Below are positions 44,929 through 55,542 of a stretch of DNA of 64,000 nt, in pieces. This stretch comes from a virus. Below the pieces are notes generated by a model. It searched no databases. It was not told the origin of the DNA and saw only the letters and a program-made list of their open reading frames with translations. Each line of letters starts with the position of its first letter. Position 1 is the stretch's first letter. The DNA lies in IMG/VR virus record IMGVR_UViG_3300010885_018971, positions 1-64,000 of that record; one strand, given 5' to 3'. The position numbers and the translations under genes are program-made.

Positions 44929-45333
44929 TCAGTCGTTACGAGTATTTCTAGTTGGTGGATCAGCAGGATCTAAACCACCACTGAATTGTGTAAGAGTTGG
45001 CTTAACTGTTAGTGGTATGCCAGATAATGTAGGTAATGCGGTTTGTGCAACTGGTGCAGGTACATTACTTGCCGCCCCTGCTACCTTTTCTTGCGTACGA
45101 CCCCATGCTGCGATACCTAGAACAGCACCCATTGCCAAGTGAAATAAACCAGCACCTTGTAGTGTTAGTGGATTCCATTGAGTTACTGGCTGTTTTAGAG
45201 AGGCTTGCAGGATTGACCATGCGACAGGAAATATGATCATATCACAAAAACAAACAATCATGTACATCCAACCCATGGCTGGGCGCCATTTCTTTTGCAT
45301 CCAGTCTTCATCTTTTTTAACTTCTTCTGCCAT
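44929..45333 (-). CDS. Holin-like membrane protein (GTA 3TM type)
   Basis: WRPAMGW, LGI.A.GRT.EK. Confidence 0.65.
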   Translation of the reverse strand: MAEEVKKDEDWMQKKWRPAMGWMYMIVCFCDMIIFPVAWSILQASLKQPVTQWNPLTLQGAGLFHLAMGAVLGIAAWGRTQEKVAGAASNVPAPVAQTALPTLSGIPLTVKPTLTQFSGGLDPADPPTRNTRND

Positions 45334-45336
45334 TTA

Positions 45337-45678
45337 TTAATCCTTCATTGCGCCAATTTTCTTCGTCATGCCGATTCTATCTTCAAGAATCGCAATGTGT
45401 TGACGATTTTCCATGATAGCATCACGGTTCTTTTGAATTTCTTTTTCTAAGTCTTGACGTAGTTTTTCACGGGCTAATTCAGCACCACTGTTGCTGGCTT
45501 GCTTGTTGTCTGTGGTTACTACTAGACTTACCTTCTGATTGAGAATAGTTACATCGTGCGATATCGCTCCTAACGCACTGATCAAATATCCTGTTGAACC
45601 AATTAGTAGTGGCAATAGGGCAAACAATAGTTTCTCTATAAATGCACCCTTTTGACTTTCTTTGTTTTCATCTGCCAT
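45337..45678 (-). CDS. Single-TM coiled-coil protein
   Basis: AAGGAG RBS. Confidence 0.7.
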   Translation of the reverse strand: MADENKESQKGAFIEKLLFALLPLLIGSTGYLISALGAISHDVTILNQKVSLVVTTDNKQASNSGAELAREKLRQDLEKEIQKNRDAIMENRQHIAILEDRIGMTKKIGAMKD

Positions 45679-45706
45679 GTTATTCTCCTTATTGTTATTA
45701 TTGTTA

Positions 45707-46441
45707 TTACCAACCATCGCCAAAACCACCTATATCTCCCATAGGATTACCATTGGAAATAATAGTTGAGTCGTTAAAAATTCCATTAATTAAATTTACT
45801 GCTCGGTTTATTGTAGAACCAGTAGTAAAGTTCTGGGTATCTCCCTGAAGATTTAATTCAGATCTATTAACATAAGCACTCTGTGGAACTAAAGGTTTGC
45901 TAGTTACTTCAGCATCCCAATATTTGTACATCATACTTACAGTAACTTTCATAATATCTTTTTGATCATATCCAATTTGAACTGCACTAACAGTTTTAGG
46001 ATATGCTTCATACATTTTGACTATATACATAGCATCGTCATTCATGTTCTCAACCCAGATTGTCATTTCTGGACTAATGTAGTTTTTATAATAATTGAAG
46101 TTTCTTGTATTTCCCTGTTGAATACTTTTAATCCACTGGTCAAAAATACCTTTAACAATCATATCTCCATCAACATAAAAACTAAATTGAAGAGGATCAT
46201 AGTTAAACTCATAAGGCATTTCGCGAACTTCACCGAATGTTCTAATTTGAGTAGTATTAACATTCAATCCAGGAAGTGATGCTGAGTCACAAAACAAATG
46301 CATTCTCTGAAAATCATACTCGCTGTAAGTACCGATCGATCTAATTGTTTGCGGAAGAGCCATCTCAATGCTATATCGGTTGGCTTTCGCCATACCAGAA
46401 CTCTTGTGAATCTCTCCGATGAAATCTGCTATGTTGCTCAT
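45707..46441 (-). CDS. 54: gp54-like baseplate-tail tube initiator
   Basis: G.AK.NRY, C.S.SLPG, F.QW, EAYP..V tube-family motifs. Confidence 0.75.
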   Translation of the reverse strand: MSNIADFIGEIHKSSGMAKANRYSIEMALPQTIRSIGTYSEYDFQRMHLFCDSASLPGLNVNTTQIRTFGEVREMPYEFNYDPLQFSFYVDGDMIVKGIFDQWIKSIQQGNTRNFNYYKNYISPEMTIWVENMNDDAMYIVKMYEAYPKTVSAVQIGYDQKDIMKVTVSMMYKYWDAEVTSKPLVPQSAYVNRSELNLQGDTQNFTTGSTINRAVNLINGIFNDSTIISNGNPMGDIGGFGDGW

Positions 46442-47043
46442 GAAGTTGCCTGTGCGATAGAATCTTTCCAAACACGTTCTTTATTAGATTTAACAAAGCG
46501 TTCAACAGGAAGCAACATTGCAGTTGCCCAATCAGCCGAATCGACTTTCTTAAATGGAGACTTCACGTGGTCGGTCAAGTAATGTTTGATACATGGTTCA
46601 GCTGCTTTGTATTTTGATACACCAGAGATGAGTGACCATGAGTATTTTAATCGTGTAGTTCCATCCATCTTATCATTGTTCTTGAATGTCATTAGACGAT
46701 CAAGCAGTTGGATTCTAAGTGGGTATGGAAGATAATGCATATTCAATCCCATAAAACCTCCAGGGATTGATGCGTACGGAAACACTAAAGGGAATCTATC
46801 ATAGTACGGTAAAGTTGCTTTCAACTTTGGATCGTAGAAGAACATGTATAAATTACCAGGAATAATTCTAGCCTTTAGGTTAGTAGTATCCCTCATTATT
46901 CGGTTTGGTGTTATCCCTTGCTTATTTAAAAGCAATACCTGTTGGGCATACCATGCGCGAGACTTCTTCACCGAAGTTTTGAGGTCGTATTTATTACGCT
47001 CAAAAACATCGAGCATGGATGGATTTTTAGATGTAGTAGCCAT
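46438..47043 (-). CDS. 2: gp2 DNA end protector
   Basis: YDPK.K.TLPYYD.FPL, GLN.HYL, K.YL. Confidence 0.92.
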   Translation of the reverse strand: MATTSKNPSMLDVFERNKYDLKTSVKKSRAWYAQQVLLLNKQGITPNRIMRDTTNLKARIIPGNLYMFFYDPKLKATLPYYDRFPLVFPYASIPGGFMGLNMHYLPYPLRIQLLDRLMTFKNNDKMDGTTRLKYSWSLISGVSKYKAAEPCIKHYLTDHVKSPFKKVDSADWATAMLLPVERFVKSNKERVWKDSIAQATS

Positions 47044-47057
47044 ATTACTTATTTAGG

Positions 47058-47495
47058 TCATTTAAGACCAAGTTCATGCTCAGTTATTATCTTAAATTCC
47101 CAGCCACGATCCTTTGAATACTCGGTGGCAGCCTTCCATTTTGCTTGATTCTTTATAAAGGCAAGAGACTCTGTCAGGTATCTCTGGGTTTGTTTTCCAG
47201 GATAGACTGGGGGTTGGGTTTGAGAAGCTGGTTTTACCTCGATCAAGAAGGTTTTAAGTAAACCATCTTTGTTCCTAATTTGTATTTGGAAGTCTACGAA
47301 ATAACGATGAATCTTATCATCAGTTGGGCAACGATACGGTATTATTGTTTCTTCTGATTTCCATTTAACGACTGATGGATTCTTGTCACACCATGAGGCA
47401 AACCTAGTCTCCCAGGAACTTCTCATAATTATACAAGTTGGATCCCCAGAGTATTTTTCTGGAAAAACAGGCACAAATCTTCTTTTATGGAACAT
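47058..47495 (-). CDS. 4: gp4 head completion nuclease
   Basis: KY.GDP..I..RSSWE, HRYFVDF, EVKP, NQAKW.AA. Confidence 0.93.
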   Translation of the reverse strand: MFHKRRFVPVFPEKYSGDPTCIIMRSSWETRFASWCDKNPSVVKWKSEETIIPYRCPTDDKIHRYFVDFQIQIRNKDGLLKTFLIEVKPASQTQPPVYPGKQTQRYLTESLAFIKNQAKWKAATEYSKDRGWEFKIITEHELGLK

Positions 47496-47556
47496 AAATA
47501 TTATAAGGAATAAATAACCACTTTTATTTAGACTACTGCTCGTAACCTAAATAATG
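47495..47556. promoter_or_regulatory. Divergent late promoters (TAAATA core)
   Basis: CTAAATA on minus 47525-47531 and plus 47547-47553; same core at 47050(-) and 55531(+). Confidence 0.6.
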
Positions 47557-47581
47557 ATATAGCCAACTAAAAGAGAAACCA

Positions 47582-48688
47582 ATGGCACTACAAAACCTTA
47601 CACCTGCAAATCGTTTATATGCAGCCACATCTTTTGAGGCTGGAAAATACGACATTCAAAGCACTCAGTACCCTGATGATCTTTATAGTAACACTCGTGA
47701 ATATGGTGGAAACTACGCTTTATTCTATATTAATATTGTTCAAGAATCTAAACTTAACACACAATATAGCCAAACTACTTTAGTTGACGACGTACCAGTG
47801 GGTTTACGAGGAGATCTCGTGGGTCTTAATTTAAGTAAGAATGAATCAATTAGCGCATCTGCATTAGCTGGATTTTTTGGTGGTGCTCTTGCTGGTGGAG
47901 CATTAAATGTTGGTTCTATTAAAACTGGAATTAAGGCTGGTGCTGCTGGCGCAGTTTATGGTTCTTTAGCAACCCAAGCAATACCACTATCAACTAATGC
48001 TGAGACGTTGTCTCGTAGTCAACAGAAACGAACAAAACATGCTATCGCTTTACACATCCCAAACCAGTTAAACATTAATTATAGCGTTGACTGGCAGACT
48101 GATGAAACTTTTGCCTTTCAGGCAGCTGCAGTTGCCAACAGAGAATTAGCAAAAGCTATTTCTACGGGAGCCAAGAAAAATTCCGATAAAGCAGATGAAG
48201 TCCAAACTGCTCAAATGGGTTCTATCGCACAAGCTATTGCTTTAAGAACAGCACCTGGGATTGGTGGTGCATTATCCGCTGCAACAGGAAACTCTGCTAA
48301 TCCAAAGAAAGAACAAATATTTAAGAGCGTAAATTTTCGAGAGTTTACTTTAGATTATACATTCTCTCCAAGAGATGCTGCAGAAGCACAGGCTGTACGA
48401 AATATCATTTATCTATTCAAATTACATATGCACCCAGAGTACAAAGATGAGAATGGATTCATATTCGTGTATCCTTCTGAATTTGATATTACATATTATC
48501 AGGGTGGCAAAGAAAACTTAAATTTACATAGACACCCTTCTTGCGTACTAAAAGGTATGTCGGTAAACTATACACCTAATGGCGCATTTAATACGTTTGA
48601 GGATGGCATGCCAACTCAAATTAACATACAATTACAATTCTTAGAATTGGCTATCCTTACTAAAGAAACTATTCAGGCTAACTACTAA
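47582..48688 (+). CDS. 48: gp48 baseplate tail-tube cap
   Basis: NP..EQ.F..V.FR.F...Y.F.PR...EA, YPSEF.I.Y. Confidence 0.88.
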   Translation: MALQNLTPANRLYAATSFEAGKYDIQSTQYPDDLYSNTREYGGNYALFYINIVQESKLNTQYSQTTLVDDVPVGLRGDLVGLNLSKNESISASALAGFFGGALAGGALNVGSIKTGIKAGAAGAVYGSLATQAIPLSTNAETLSRSQQKRTKHAIALHIPNQLNINYSVDWQTDETFAFQAAAVANRELAKAISTGAKKNSDKADEVQTAQMGSIAQAIALRTAPGIGGALSAATGNSANPKKEQIFKSVNFREFTLDYTFSPRDAAEAQAVRNIIYLFKLHMHPEYKDENGFIFVYPSEFDITYYQGGKENLNLHRHPSCVLKGMSVNYTPNGAFNTFEDGMPTQINIQLQFLELAILTKETIQANY

Positions 48689-49200
48689 TGGCTTACTTCA
48701 ATAAACTTCCAGAGATGCTCTACAATTTCCAAATTGGAGATAAAGAGAGAATGGTTATCGTACGAGATATTACTGCCAACGTAAGAATTGTCAAAGCAGT
48801 TTTAGATTCAATCACGTTATATGATGAGTATGATGTTGTTGATGGCGAAACACCAGAAATTGTTTCAGAGAAAATATACGGCTCTCCAGAATACCATTGG
48901 GCAATCATGATTGCAAATCTTCGTTTCGATTATCTAAATGATTGGGTAATGCCTTACGATAGATTAGTTCAATACTGTACGGATAAGTATGGTGAAGGTG
49001 AAACTGGTAGTATTCATCACTATGAAGATGAAAATGGATATGTTGTTAATGACGACTATCCTTTGGCAACACCAATCGATAATATAACTTATGAGAGTCG
49101 TATTAATGAATCAAAACGCAGAATTAAAATTGTTTCAAAACCAATTATTCAGCAAATGGTGAATGAATTTGATACATTAATGAACCCAAATGGCATCTAA
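48688..49200 (+). CDS. 53: gp53 baseplate wedge subunit
   Basis: GETPE.V..K.YG...YHW, HHYE, NE.KR.IK. Confidence 0.9.
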   Translation: MAYFNKLPEMLYNFQIGDKERMVIVRDITANVRIVKAVLDSITLYDEYDVVDGETPEIVSEKIYGSPEYHWAIMIANLRFDYLNDWVMPYDRLVQYCTDKYGEGETGSIHHYEDENGYVVNDDYPLATPIDNITYESRINESKRRIKIVSKPIIQQMVNEFDTLMNPNGI

Positions 49201-50521
49201 TACAAGTTCCAATGTTGTAAGATTTGCTGGCGATATAAACGTCAGTAAAATCACGATCAGTTCTTTAATTACAAATAAAAAATTTAATGTAAAGAACCAG
49301 CTTTTAACTATTCAAGTTTTTGAAGACATATTTTCACCATTTATTACAGGCAATTTAATCTTTAGAGAATCAGTAGATTTTGCCAGCAATTTTCCATTCG
49401 TTGGTGAAGAAGTTGTAGATATAGAATTATTTACACCATCATTAAATGAGTCCAATCCACAAGAAGGTGTTATTAAAGGTAGATTCTATATCTACAAAAT
49501 GGCAGATCGTGAAGAACTGGCAAATAGGAATACTGTTTATCAGTTACACTTTATTTCAATAGAAGCTATCACTGATCTTAATGTAAAAATCTCAAAGGGA
49601 TTTAGTGGTAAGATATCTGATATCGCAAAAGAACTTCTTGCGAATGAAGGCACACTGTCTACCAAGAAAAAACTTAATATTGAAGAAACGACCAATAAAA
49701 CAAAATATGTTTCTAACTTCTGGTCGCCAATTAAAAACATTAATTTTATTTTAAATACTGCGCAAAACATAAGTAAGTCGCCTACATACATTTTCTATGA
49801 AAGTAGATATGGATTTAATTTTGTTTCATTGGATACATTAAATGAGCAGTCATCGTTTCAAACATTCCAACAATATGATATTAAACAAATTCCAAATGCA
49901 TCTGGTGGATCGGATAGAGATTTAAATTTAGATTATAGAAAAATATCAGATTTAAGTATTCCAGTTAGCCATGACTACATGGATAAAGTCACTTCTGGTG
50001 TATATGGATCTACACTTCTGTTTGTTGATATTGCATCTAAACAATACTTTAATTTGAAAAACTCCATGTTTGATAACTGGGGTAAAGATACTGATGAATC
50101 GCGTTTAAATCAATATCCAATTTCTTCAAGAAAAATACTATCAACTTATCGATCAACGATGTATAATGATACCATTGAAGTAGGACTATTCAGTGATTAT
50201 GAAGATGTTTCAAATGCAAGAGTTCGTCAAAAACGTATCTCGAGATTAAAACAGGCTGAGGCGCATAAAATACATATTACAGTTCCTGGAAGAACTGATT
50301 ATACTTGCGGTCAAGTTGTGACAGTCATCAAGTATAAAGCAGAGCCAATAGCAAAAGACAAAAGTGACTCTAAAGAAATTTTAGATGGTATCATTAGCGG
50401 AAGATATTTAATAGCTTCGATTAACCATGTAATAGATATAGAAAAACATGAGTGCCACATGACATTAATTAAAGACTCAATGATCATTGATTTGAACAGA
50501 GGTACGACAACTTATGAATAA
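49190..50521 (+). CDS. Baseplate hub protein (gp27-like)
   Basis: Between 53 and 5; FEDIFSPF.TG, FYE...GF.F.S, SGRYLI. Confidence 0.7.
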   Translation: MASNTSSNVVRFAGDINVSKITISSLITNKKFNVKNQLLTIQVFEDIFSPFITGNLIFRESVDFASNFPFVGEEVVDIELFTPSLNESNPQEGVIKGRFYIYKMADREELANRNTVYQLHFISIEAITDLNVKISKGFSGKISDIAKELLANEGTLSTKKKLNIEETTNKTKYVSNFWSPIKNINFILNTAQNISKSPTYIFYESRYGFNFVSLDTLNEQSSFQTFQQYDIKQIPNASGGSDRDLNLDYRKISDLSIPVSHDYMDKVTSGVYGSTLLFVDIASKQYFNLKNSMFDNWGKDTDESRLNQYPISSRKILSTYRSTMYNDTIEVGLFSDYEDVSNARVRQKRISRLKQAEAHKIHITVPGRTDYTCGQVVTVIKYKAEPIAKDKSDSKEILDGIISGRYLIASINHVIDIEKHECHMTLIKDSMIIDLNRGTTTYE

Positions 50522-53500
50522 ATTTTACACAGGTTGCGTAGAAGATAGAAACGATCCATTAAAGTTGGGTCGTTGTCAAGTACGTATTGTTGGTTTACAC
50601 ACTGAAGACAAAACAGTACTACCAACTAAAGATTTGCCATGGGCATTTCCAGTAACACCTATTACTTCTGCTGGTATTTCAGGTATTGGAACAGCACCAC
50701 TTGGACCAGTGGAAGGTTCATGGGTTCTAATTATGTTCATGGATCCAGACGAGCAGATGCCAATTATGATGGGTACTCTCGGTGGGATCACACAGATTCC
50801 AAATGCTAAAGATGATCCAGCAAGACTTCAAATCGATAAAGTTGATGCTGATGGTTATATAAACCAATCTGCTGGAGATCCAACTGCAAGTGGCGGTAAT
50901 GCCGCAGAAAATCTTCAAGACGGTAAAGTATATACAGATCCAAATGATATTATTGGACCACTGGCTAAACTTATTGCTCAAGGAGAATCAGGGAATGCTG
51001 GTTATGACGCATTTAATCGTGGCAGTGGAGCACCGAAGGGCACTGGGTCAGTAGGTGGCCAGAAGTTATCAATCTCTGAGATGACAATCAAAGAGATTAT
51101 GGAAAGACAGGCACTCCAACCTGGAATGCCAGACAGATTATTTGCAGTTGGTAAATATCAGTGTATTCCTACGACACTTAAAGATGCTTGTCAGAAACTT
51201 AACATCGATGTAGAACAGACTTTCTCTCCAAACATTCAAGACATTATTTGTCAAGAATATTTGGTTGCACGTAAGCGTTCACGATTGATGGCGTATTATA
51301 GAAACCCTGATAAGAATAATGAGACTTTCTTAAAAGAAGCTGGTAGGTCTCTTGCTGCTGAATTTGCATCACTTGAAGATCCAAACTTTCCTGGGTTTCC
51401 ATATGGTGGCGAGCAGGGAACATATTATAAAAACAAAAATAAAGTAAAAACCAGTTGGTCAACTGTTAAAGAAACTTTAATTCAAGAATGGGAATTTAGG
51501 AATGACCCTAAAATTCCTTCACCAACTGTAACTGTAGCTGCTGGTGATAAAATTGAACAAGGTACAGACTACACTGGTGTTCAGAAATTAGTTCCCAAAG
51601 ATGATTCAAAGTTATCTCCTCCAACACCTTCTGCTGGTGATAGTTTTGTAGGTGGTCTTATTGGAGCAGCACTACCTGACATTGCTGGTGGTGGGTTTGG
51701 TGATTTATTGGGTGATTTTGGAGATTTAGGCGATTTCGGTCTTGGAGATTTAGCATCACTTGGTGATTTAGAATCTCTTGGTTTAGATTTTCAAGGAATT
51801 GCTGATCTTGGTCTTGGAAGTTTAGCTGATTTGGGATTAGGAGATCTTGGTAGTCTTGGAGATCTTGGTGGGTTACTTGGAGATATGGGTCTAGGTGGAC
51901 TGGCCAATCTTAATACAGATTTAATTAGTTCTGTAACTTCTTTAACAACACAGTTCTCTGAATTAACAAGTTCATTCAATTTAGATGGTCCACTTACCAA
52001 TATTTTAGCCAGCACAGGTAATGGTGGGTTCAATTTAAATTCATTAGTTGGAAATGCAACAGGTTTAAATGTTAATGGTGTAGACATAAATGGTTTAGTA
52101 TCAAAAGCCACTGGTATTAATGTTAATAATTTGGTAAGTCAAGCCACCAATGGTTTGAATGTTAATAATATTATCGGTCAAGCCACCAATGGTTTGAATG
52201 TTAACAATCTAATCAACCAAGCAACTAGTGGATTGAATGTTGGTGGATTTAATGTGGCCAATTTAGCCAATCAGGTAACTGGTGGCACTGGACTTAATCT
52301 TAATAATATAGTTGGAAACGTAACAAATGGTTTAACTGGCGGTACATTTAATCTCAATAATGTAGTTGGACAGTTTACTAATGGTTTGAATGTTAATAAC
52401 ATTATTAGTCAGTCGACTGGGTTAAATCCAAATACTCTACTTAATCAATTTGGCGGTTCAATAAATCAGATTGCATCAAACCTTGGTATTCCAAATATAT
52501 CTGGTTCTGTTACTGGTCTTATTGCAAAACTTGGGTTGGTGAATCCAAATGCAAATTCATTAGTTGCAGAACTTACTAGAATTGCTGGATCATCTACTGG
52601 TCAAGCGACTTCAATATTAACTAGGTTAGAACAAGAACCAACTATTCAGCTTCCAGAAGTTATTGGTGAGACTAAACCAGACGGCACTATTAGCACAGGA
52701 AGTAACGTAGATCCAAATCTTGGATTCCAAGATCCAAATGGTCAGTATCCAAGATATAAGAATGAGCAAGATACAAATCGTTTGGCTCATGGTAACAATC
52801 TTGGAAGAACAATTGTCATGGAGAAAGAAGCTGCGCAGAAATTAGATGTGCGCATTGCTAATGGTGGTACATGGGATCAATCACCAATTCCTTATAATGC
52901 GGTATATCCATACAATAAAGTTACTCAAACCGAATCTGGACATGTAGTTGAATTTGATGATACTCCAGGTTCAGAACGTATTCACTTCTATCATAGATCT
53001 GGTTCGTTTACAGAAACTGATGCTAATGGCACACGAGTTAATCGAATAGTTGGTGATGGATACGAAATTCTAGAACGTAATGGTTACGTTTACGTCAAAG
53101 GTGCATTGAATGTATCTGTTGATGGAGCATTAAATCTTCGTACAGATAACATTTTTAACTTAGAAGTCTCTGGTGCTGCAAACATTAATATTTACAACGA
53201 TGCTAATGTTAATGTTAGTGGTAACACTAATATGGCTGTTGGTGGAACATTCAATCTAAAAGCCAACAAAATTAATATGGAGTCAGAAGGTCAATTTAAT
53301 ATTAAAGCTGGAACTGGTTTAAATATGCAATCTGGTAAAGATATGAATATCTATTCTGAAGGATCTGTATTCGTTGAAGCCGACAGTGATATTCATAATA
53401 AAGCAACTGGTGGTATATTTACTGAAAGCGATGAAGATATAAATGTTAAGTCTGGTGGGTTGATTAACCTTGATAGCGATTCAAGTACTAATATTAGTTC

Positions 53501-54560
53501 TGGAATGAAGGTTAACGTACAAGCAACTACTAACTTGAACTTAAAAGCAAATGTATATGCTACATTGAGTTCATTGGCTGCTGTTGATATTAAAGCCACT
53601 GGTTTGGTTAATATTGATGGTACACTTATTAACTTGAATAATGGTATTGCTACTGGCGCTGGTTCAGCCACTGCAGGTAGAGGTGCTAAGCCAGCTGGAT
53701 ATGCTGGACAGGCAGATATTGAAATTCCAATTGAAACTCGTGGAACTTCTGGTGTTGTTTCATTACCACAATTAAGTGTTCCTACCCGTGGATCAGAAAC
53801 TGCATTCGAAACTAATGATAAGAGTGTTGGACGTGATGATCTTGCAACTTATCGTGCAAATAGAATAGCAAAGAATGAAACATCTGCAGTTGATATTACA
53901 TCAGATACTTTCGCTAAAGATGTTGCTAAACCATCTGGAACTTCTTCTGGTGCAGTAATTGTTAATGTTTCAACTATTAAGAATATGTCTCCAGATGCAT
54001 TTAATGCAGGTATGAGATTATCAAAGAATTGGACACTCGGTGAGTTGACTAAAGGTGGAACTAGAATTCCAAAGATGACTTATATTGTTCCTTCCTCTAA
54101 AGGTGGACCAAGAGATACTAGCCTTACTCCGCAAGATATTGTTGCTAACTTAAAAATCTTGTGTGATAATATTCTTGAACCAATTACTGAAGAGTATGGT
54201 AAGAATTCATTCACTATTACTAGTTGCTTCAGAAGATGTTCCAATGGACCAAATGATCCAGGAGATCTAGGATTGCGAGATTCAAGTGGGAACTTTATTC
54301 CAGAGCATGGTGATCATGTGAAGGGAAGTGCTGTTGATATTACGTTCAAAGAAGGTAAGGCTAAAACTTATTCTGTATGTAAAGAATTACCAACTGTATT
54401 GACAAGTTGGAATCAGTTGATCATGGAATATGACAGAGGTGGTTCAGCTTATTGGATCCATGCTTCTATCAAACAGAATGGAAATAATGGCCACTGCTTC
54501 AGTATGAATAATCATAAGATGTGTGTGGCTTCTGTCAACTCAGGATTTGTGTTAGTATAA
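50514..54560 (+). CDS. 5: gp5 tail spike: OB-fold, lysozyme-like domain, low-complexity linker, beta-helix, C-terminal peptidase M15
   Basis: VEDRNDPLKLGR..VR; ES...Y, AVGKYQ; YPYN....ESGH..E.DDTP; H..G.AVD and WIH. Confidence 0.92.
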   Translation: MNKFYTGCVEDRNDPLKLGRCQVRIVGLHTEDKTVLPTKDLPWAFPVTPITSAGISGIGTAPLGPVEGSWVLIMFMDPDEQMPIMMGTLGGITQIPNAKDDPARLQIDKVDADGYINQSAGDPTASGGNAAENLQDGKVYTDPNDIIGPLAKLIAQGESGNAGYDAFNRGSGAPKGTGSVGGQKLSISEMTIKEIMERQALQPGMPDRLFAVGKYQCIPTTLKDACQKLNIDVEQTFSPNIQDIICQEYLVARKRSRLMAYYRNPDKNNETFLKEAGRSLAAEFASLEDPNFPGFPYGGEQGTYYKNKNKVKTSWSTVKETLIQEWEFRNDPKIPSPTVTVAAGDKIEQGTDYTGVQKLVPKDDSKLSPPTPSAGDSFVGGLIGAALPDIAGGGFGDLLGDFGDLGDFGLGDLASLGDLESLGLDFQGIADLGLGSLADLGLGDLGSLGDLGGLLGDMGLGGLANLNTDLISSVTSLTTQFSELTSSFNLDGPLTNILASTGNGGFNLNSLVGNATGLNVNGVDINGLVSKATGINVNNLVSQATNGLNVNNIIGQATNGLNVNNLINQATSGLNVGGFNVANLANQVTGGTGLNLNNIVGNVTNGLTGGTFNLNNVVGQFTNGLNVNNIISQSTGLNPNTLLNQFGGSINQIASNLGIPNISGSVTGLIAKLGLVNPNANSLVAELTRIAGSSTGQATSILTRLEQEPTIQLPEVIGETKPDGTISTGSNVDPNLGFQDPNGQYPRYKNEQDTNRLAHGNNLGRTIVMEKEAAQKLDVRIANGGTWDQSPIPYNAVYPYNKVTQTESGHVVEFDDTPGSERIHFYHRSGSFTETDANGTRVNRIVGDGYEILERNGYVYVKGALNVSVDGALNLRTDNIFNLEVSGAANINIYNDANVNVSGNTNMAVGGTFNLKANKINMESEGQFNIKAGTGLNMQSGKDMNIYSEGSVFVEADSDIHNKATGGIFTESDEDINVKSGGLINLDSDSSTNISSGMKVNVQATTNLNLKANVYATLSSLAAVDIKATGLVNIDGTLINLNNGIATGAGSATAGRGAKPAGYAGQADIEIPIETRGTSGVVSLPQLSVPTRGSETAFETNDKSVGRDDLATYRANRIAKNETSAVDITSDTFAKDVAKPSGTSSGAVIVNVSTIKNMSPDAFNAGMRLSKNWTLGELTKGGTRIPKMTYIVPSSKGGPRDTSLTPQDIVANLKILCDNILEPITEEYGKNSFTITSCFRRCSNGPNDPGDLGLRDSSGNFIPEHGDHVKGSAVDITFKEGKAKTYSVCKELPTVLTSWNQLIMEYDRGGSAYWIHASIKQNGNNGHCFSMNNHKMCVASVNSGFVLV
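51690..52460 (+). repeat. Intragenic GDLG and GLNVNN(L/I)xxQAT repeats in gp5
   Basis: Protein-level repeats; TCAAGCCACCAATGGTTTGAATGTTAA duplicated at 39 nt spacing (52139, 52178). Confidence 0.85.
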
Positions 54561-54561
54561 A

Positions 54562-55191
54562 ATGGCACTAAAAATAACTCAGTCTAATCTTGTTGGGTTT
54601 GAGGTAATCCCAGGAGACGAACTAGATGTAATTAGAGCAGGAACTGGTGGAGAGGATGGCTCTGGTGGTACAATACCTCAGACTTATTTACCAACAGTTT
54701 ACGAATCAATGCCGTATTCTATTGATTTAACATTCGAGGGATTATATGCAACACCAACTGAACCACCAACTTATACAACTTTACCAGCAACTCTGGTAAC
54801 TACTACCTTTAATTGGGCTTCTGTTGGATTAATATACACACCATTAACTGTTAATAGTATTAGGATATCTGGTGCATCATCTTACGACTTCAATACTCAA
54901 TATTATAATTTTGTTAAACCAGATTACAATACTCAAACATTACCACCACCAACATCGCCTCCATTTAATTTGATATATGAATATAGTCTACCAACTAATA
55001 AATCACAAAAACTTACATATGCTAGTATTTTTGTTACAATTCCCCCAGATCCACTTGACTCAATTCCTATAGGTATTATAACAGTTGATATGGAACAATG
55101 GATTCATTGGTCATTCGCAAGTGCTAGAGCGAAAGTTTTATTCTTAAAAGCAAATGGTAGTATTCCAACTAACCTACCACCAAAAGTATAA
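54562..55191 (+). CDS. Hypothetical virion-associated protein
   Basis: Between 5 and PAAR; Pro/Thr-rich. Confidence 0.65.
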   Translation: MALKITQSNLVGFEVIPGDELDVIRAGTGGEDGSGGTIPQTYLPTVYESMPYSIDLTFEGLYATPTEPPTYTTLPATLVTTTFNWASVGLIYTPLTVNSIRISGASSYDFNTQYYNFVKPDYNTQTLPPPTSPPFNLIYEYSLPTNKSQKLTYASIFVTIPPDPLDSIPIGIITVDMEQWIHWSFASARAKVLFLKANGSIPTNLPPKV

Positions 55192-55203
55192 AGGATTTTA
55201 ATA

Positions 55204-55527
55204 ATGTTTGCAGTTTCAAGAGTTACGGATACAGTTGCTTCTCCGACTGGCACAGGTTGGAAATGCCTAATGCCAACTACAACATCAATTATTGGTCCAG
55301 GAGTTCCAACTGTATTGGTGAACTATTTGCCAATTTGTGTTTCAGGAGATGCAGTAATGCCTCATCTGGGTGCTTTTTGTAAACCAGACATATCATTTGT
55401 AATTGGCACTAGTCTTACAGTGCTTTCTGGAGGGTTTAGACCAGTTGCAAGTATTGGCGATGAGGCATTTGGATCGGATTTACCAAACTTTATAATTAGA
55501 GGTTCTTTCAATGTTCTTGTTGGTTAA
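55204..55527 (+). CDS. PAAR-like spike tip (gp5.4-like)
   Basis: R..D, TVLVN..P....GD....H, PVA.IGD, GS.NV.VG. Confidence 0.75.
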   Translation: MFAVSRVTDTVASPTGTGWKCLMPTTTSIIGPGVPTVLVNYLPICVSGDAVMPHLGAFCKPDISFVIGTSLTVLSGGFRPVASIGDEAFGSDLPNFIIRGSFNVLVG

Positions 55528-55542
55528 TTACTAAATAAGTAT

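Noticed and set aside
51690-52460. Repeats as CRISPR array or DGR template
   Set aside because: In-frame degenerate coding repeats without unique spacers; no cas or reverse transcriptase seen.
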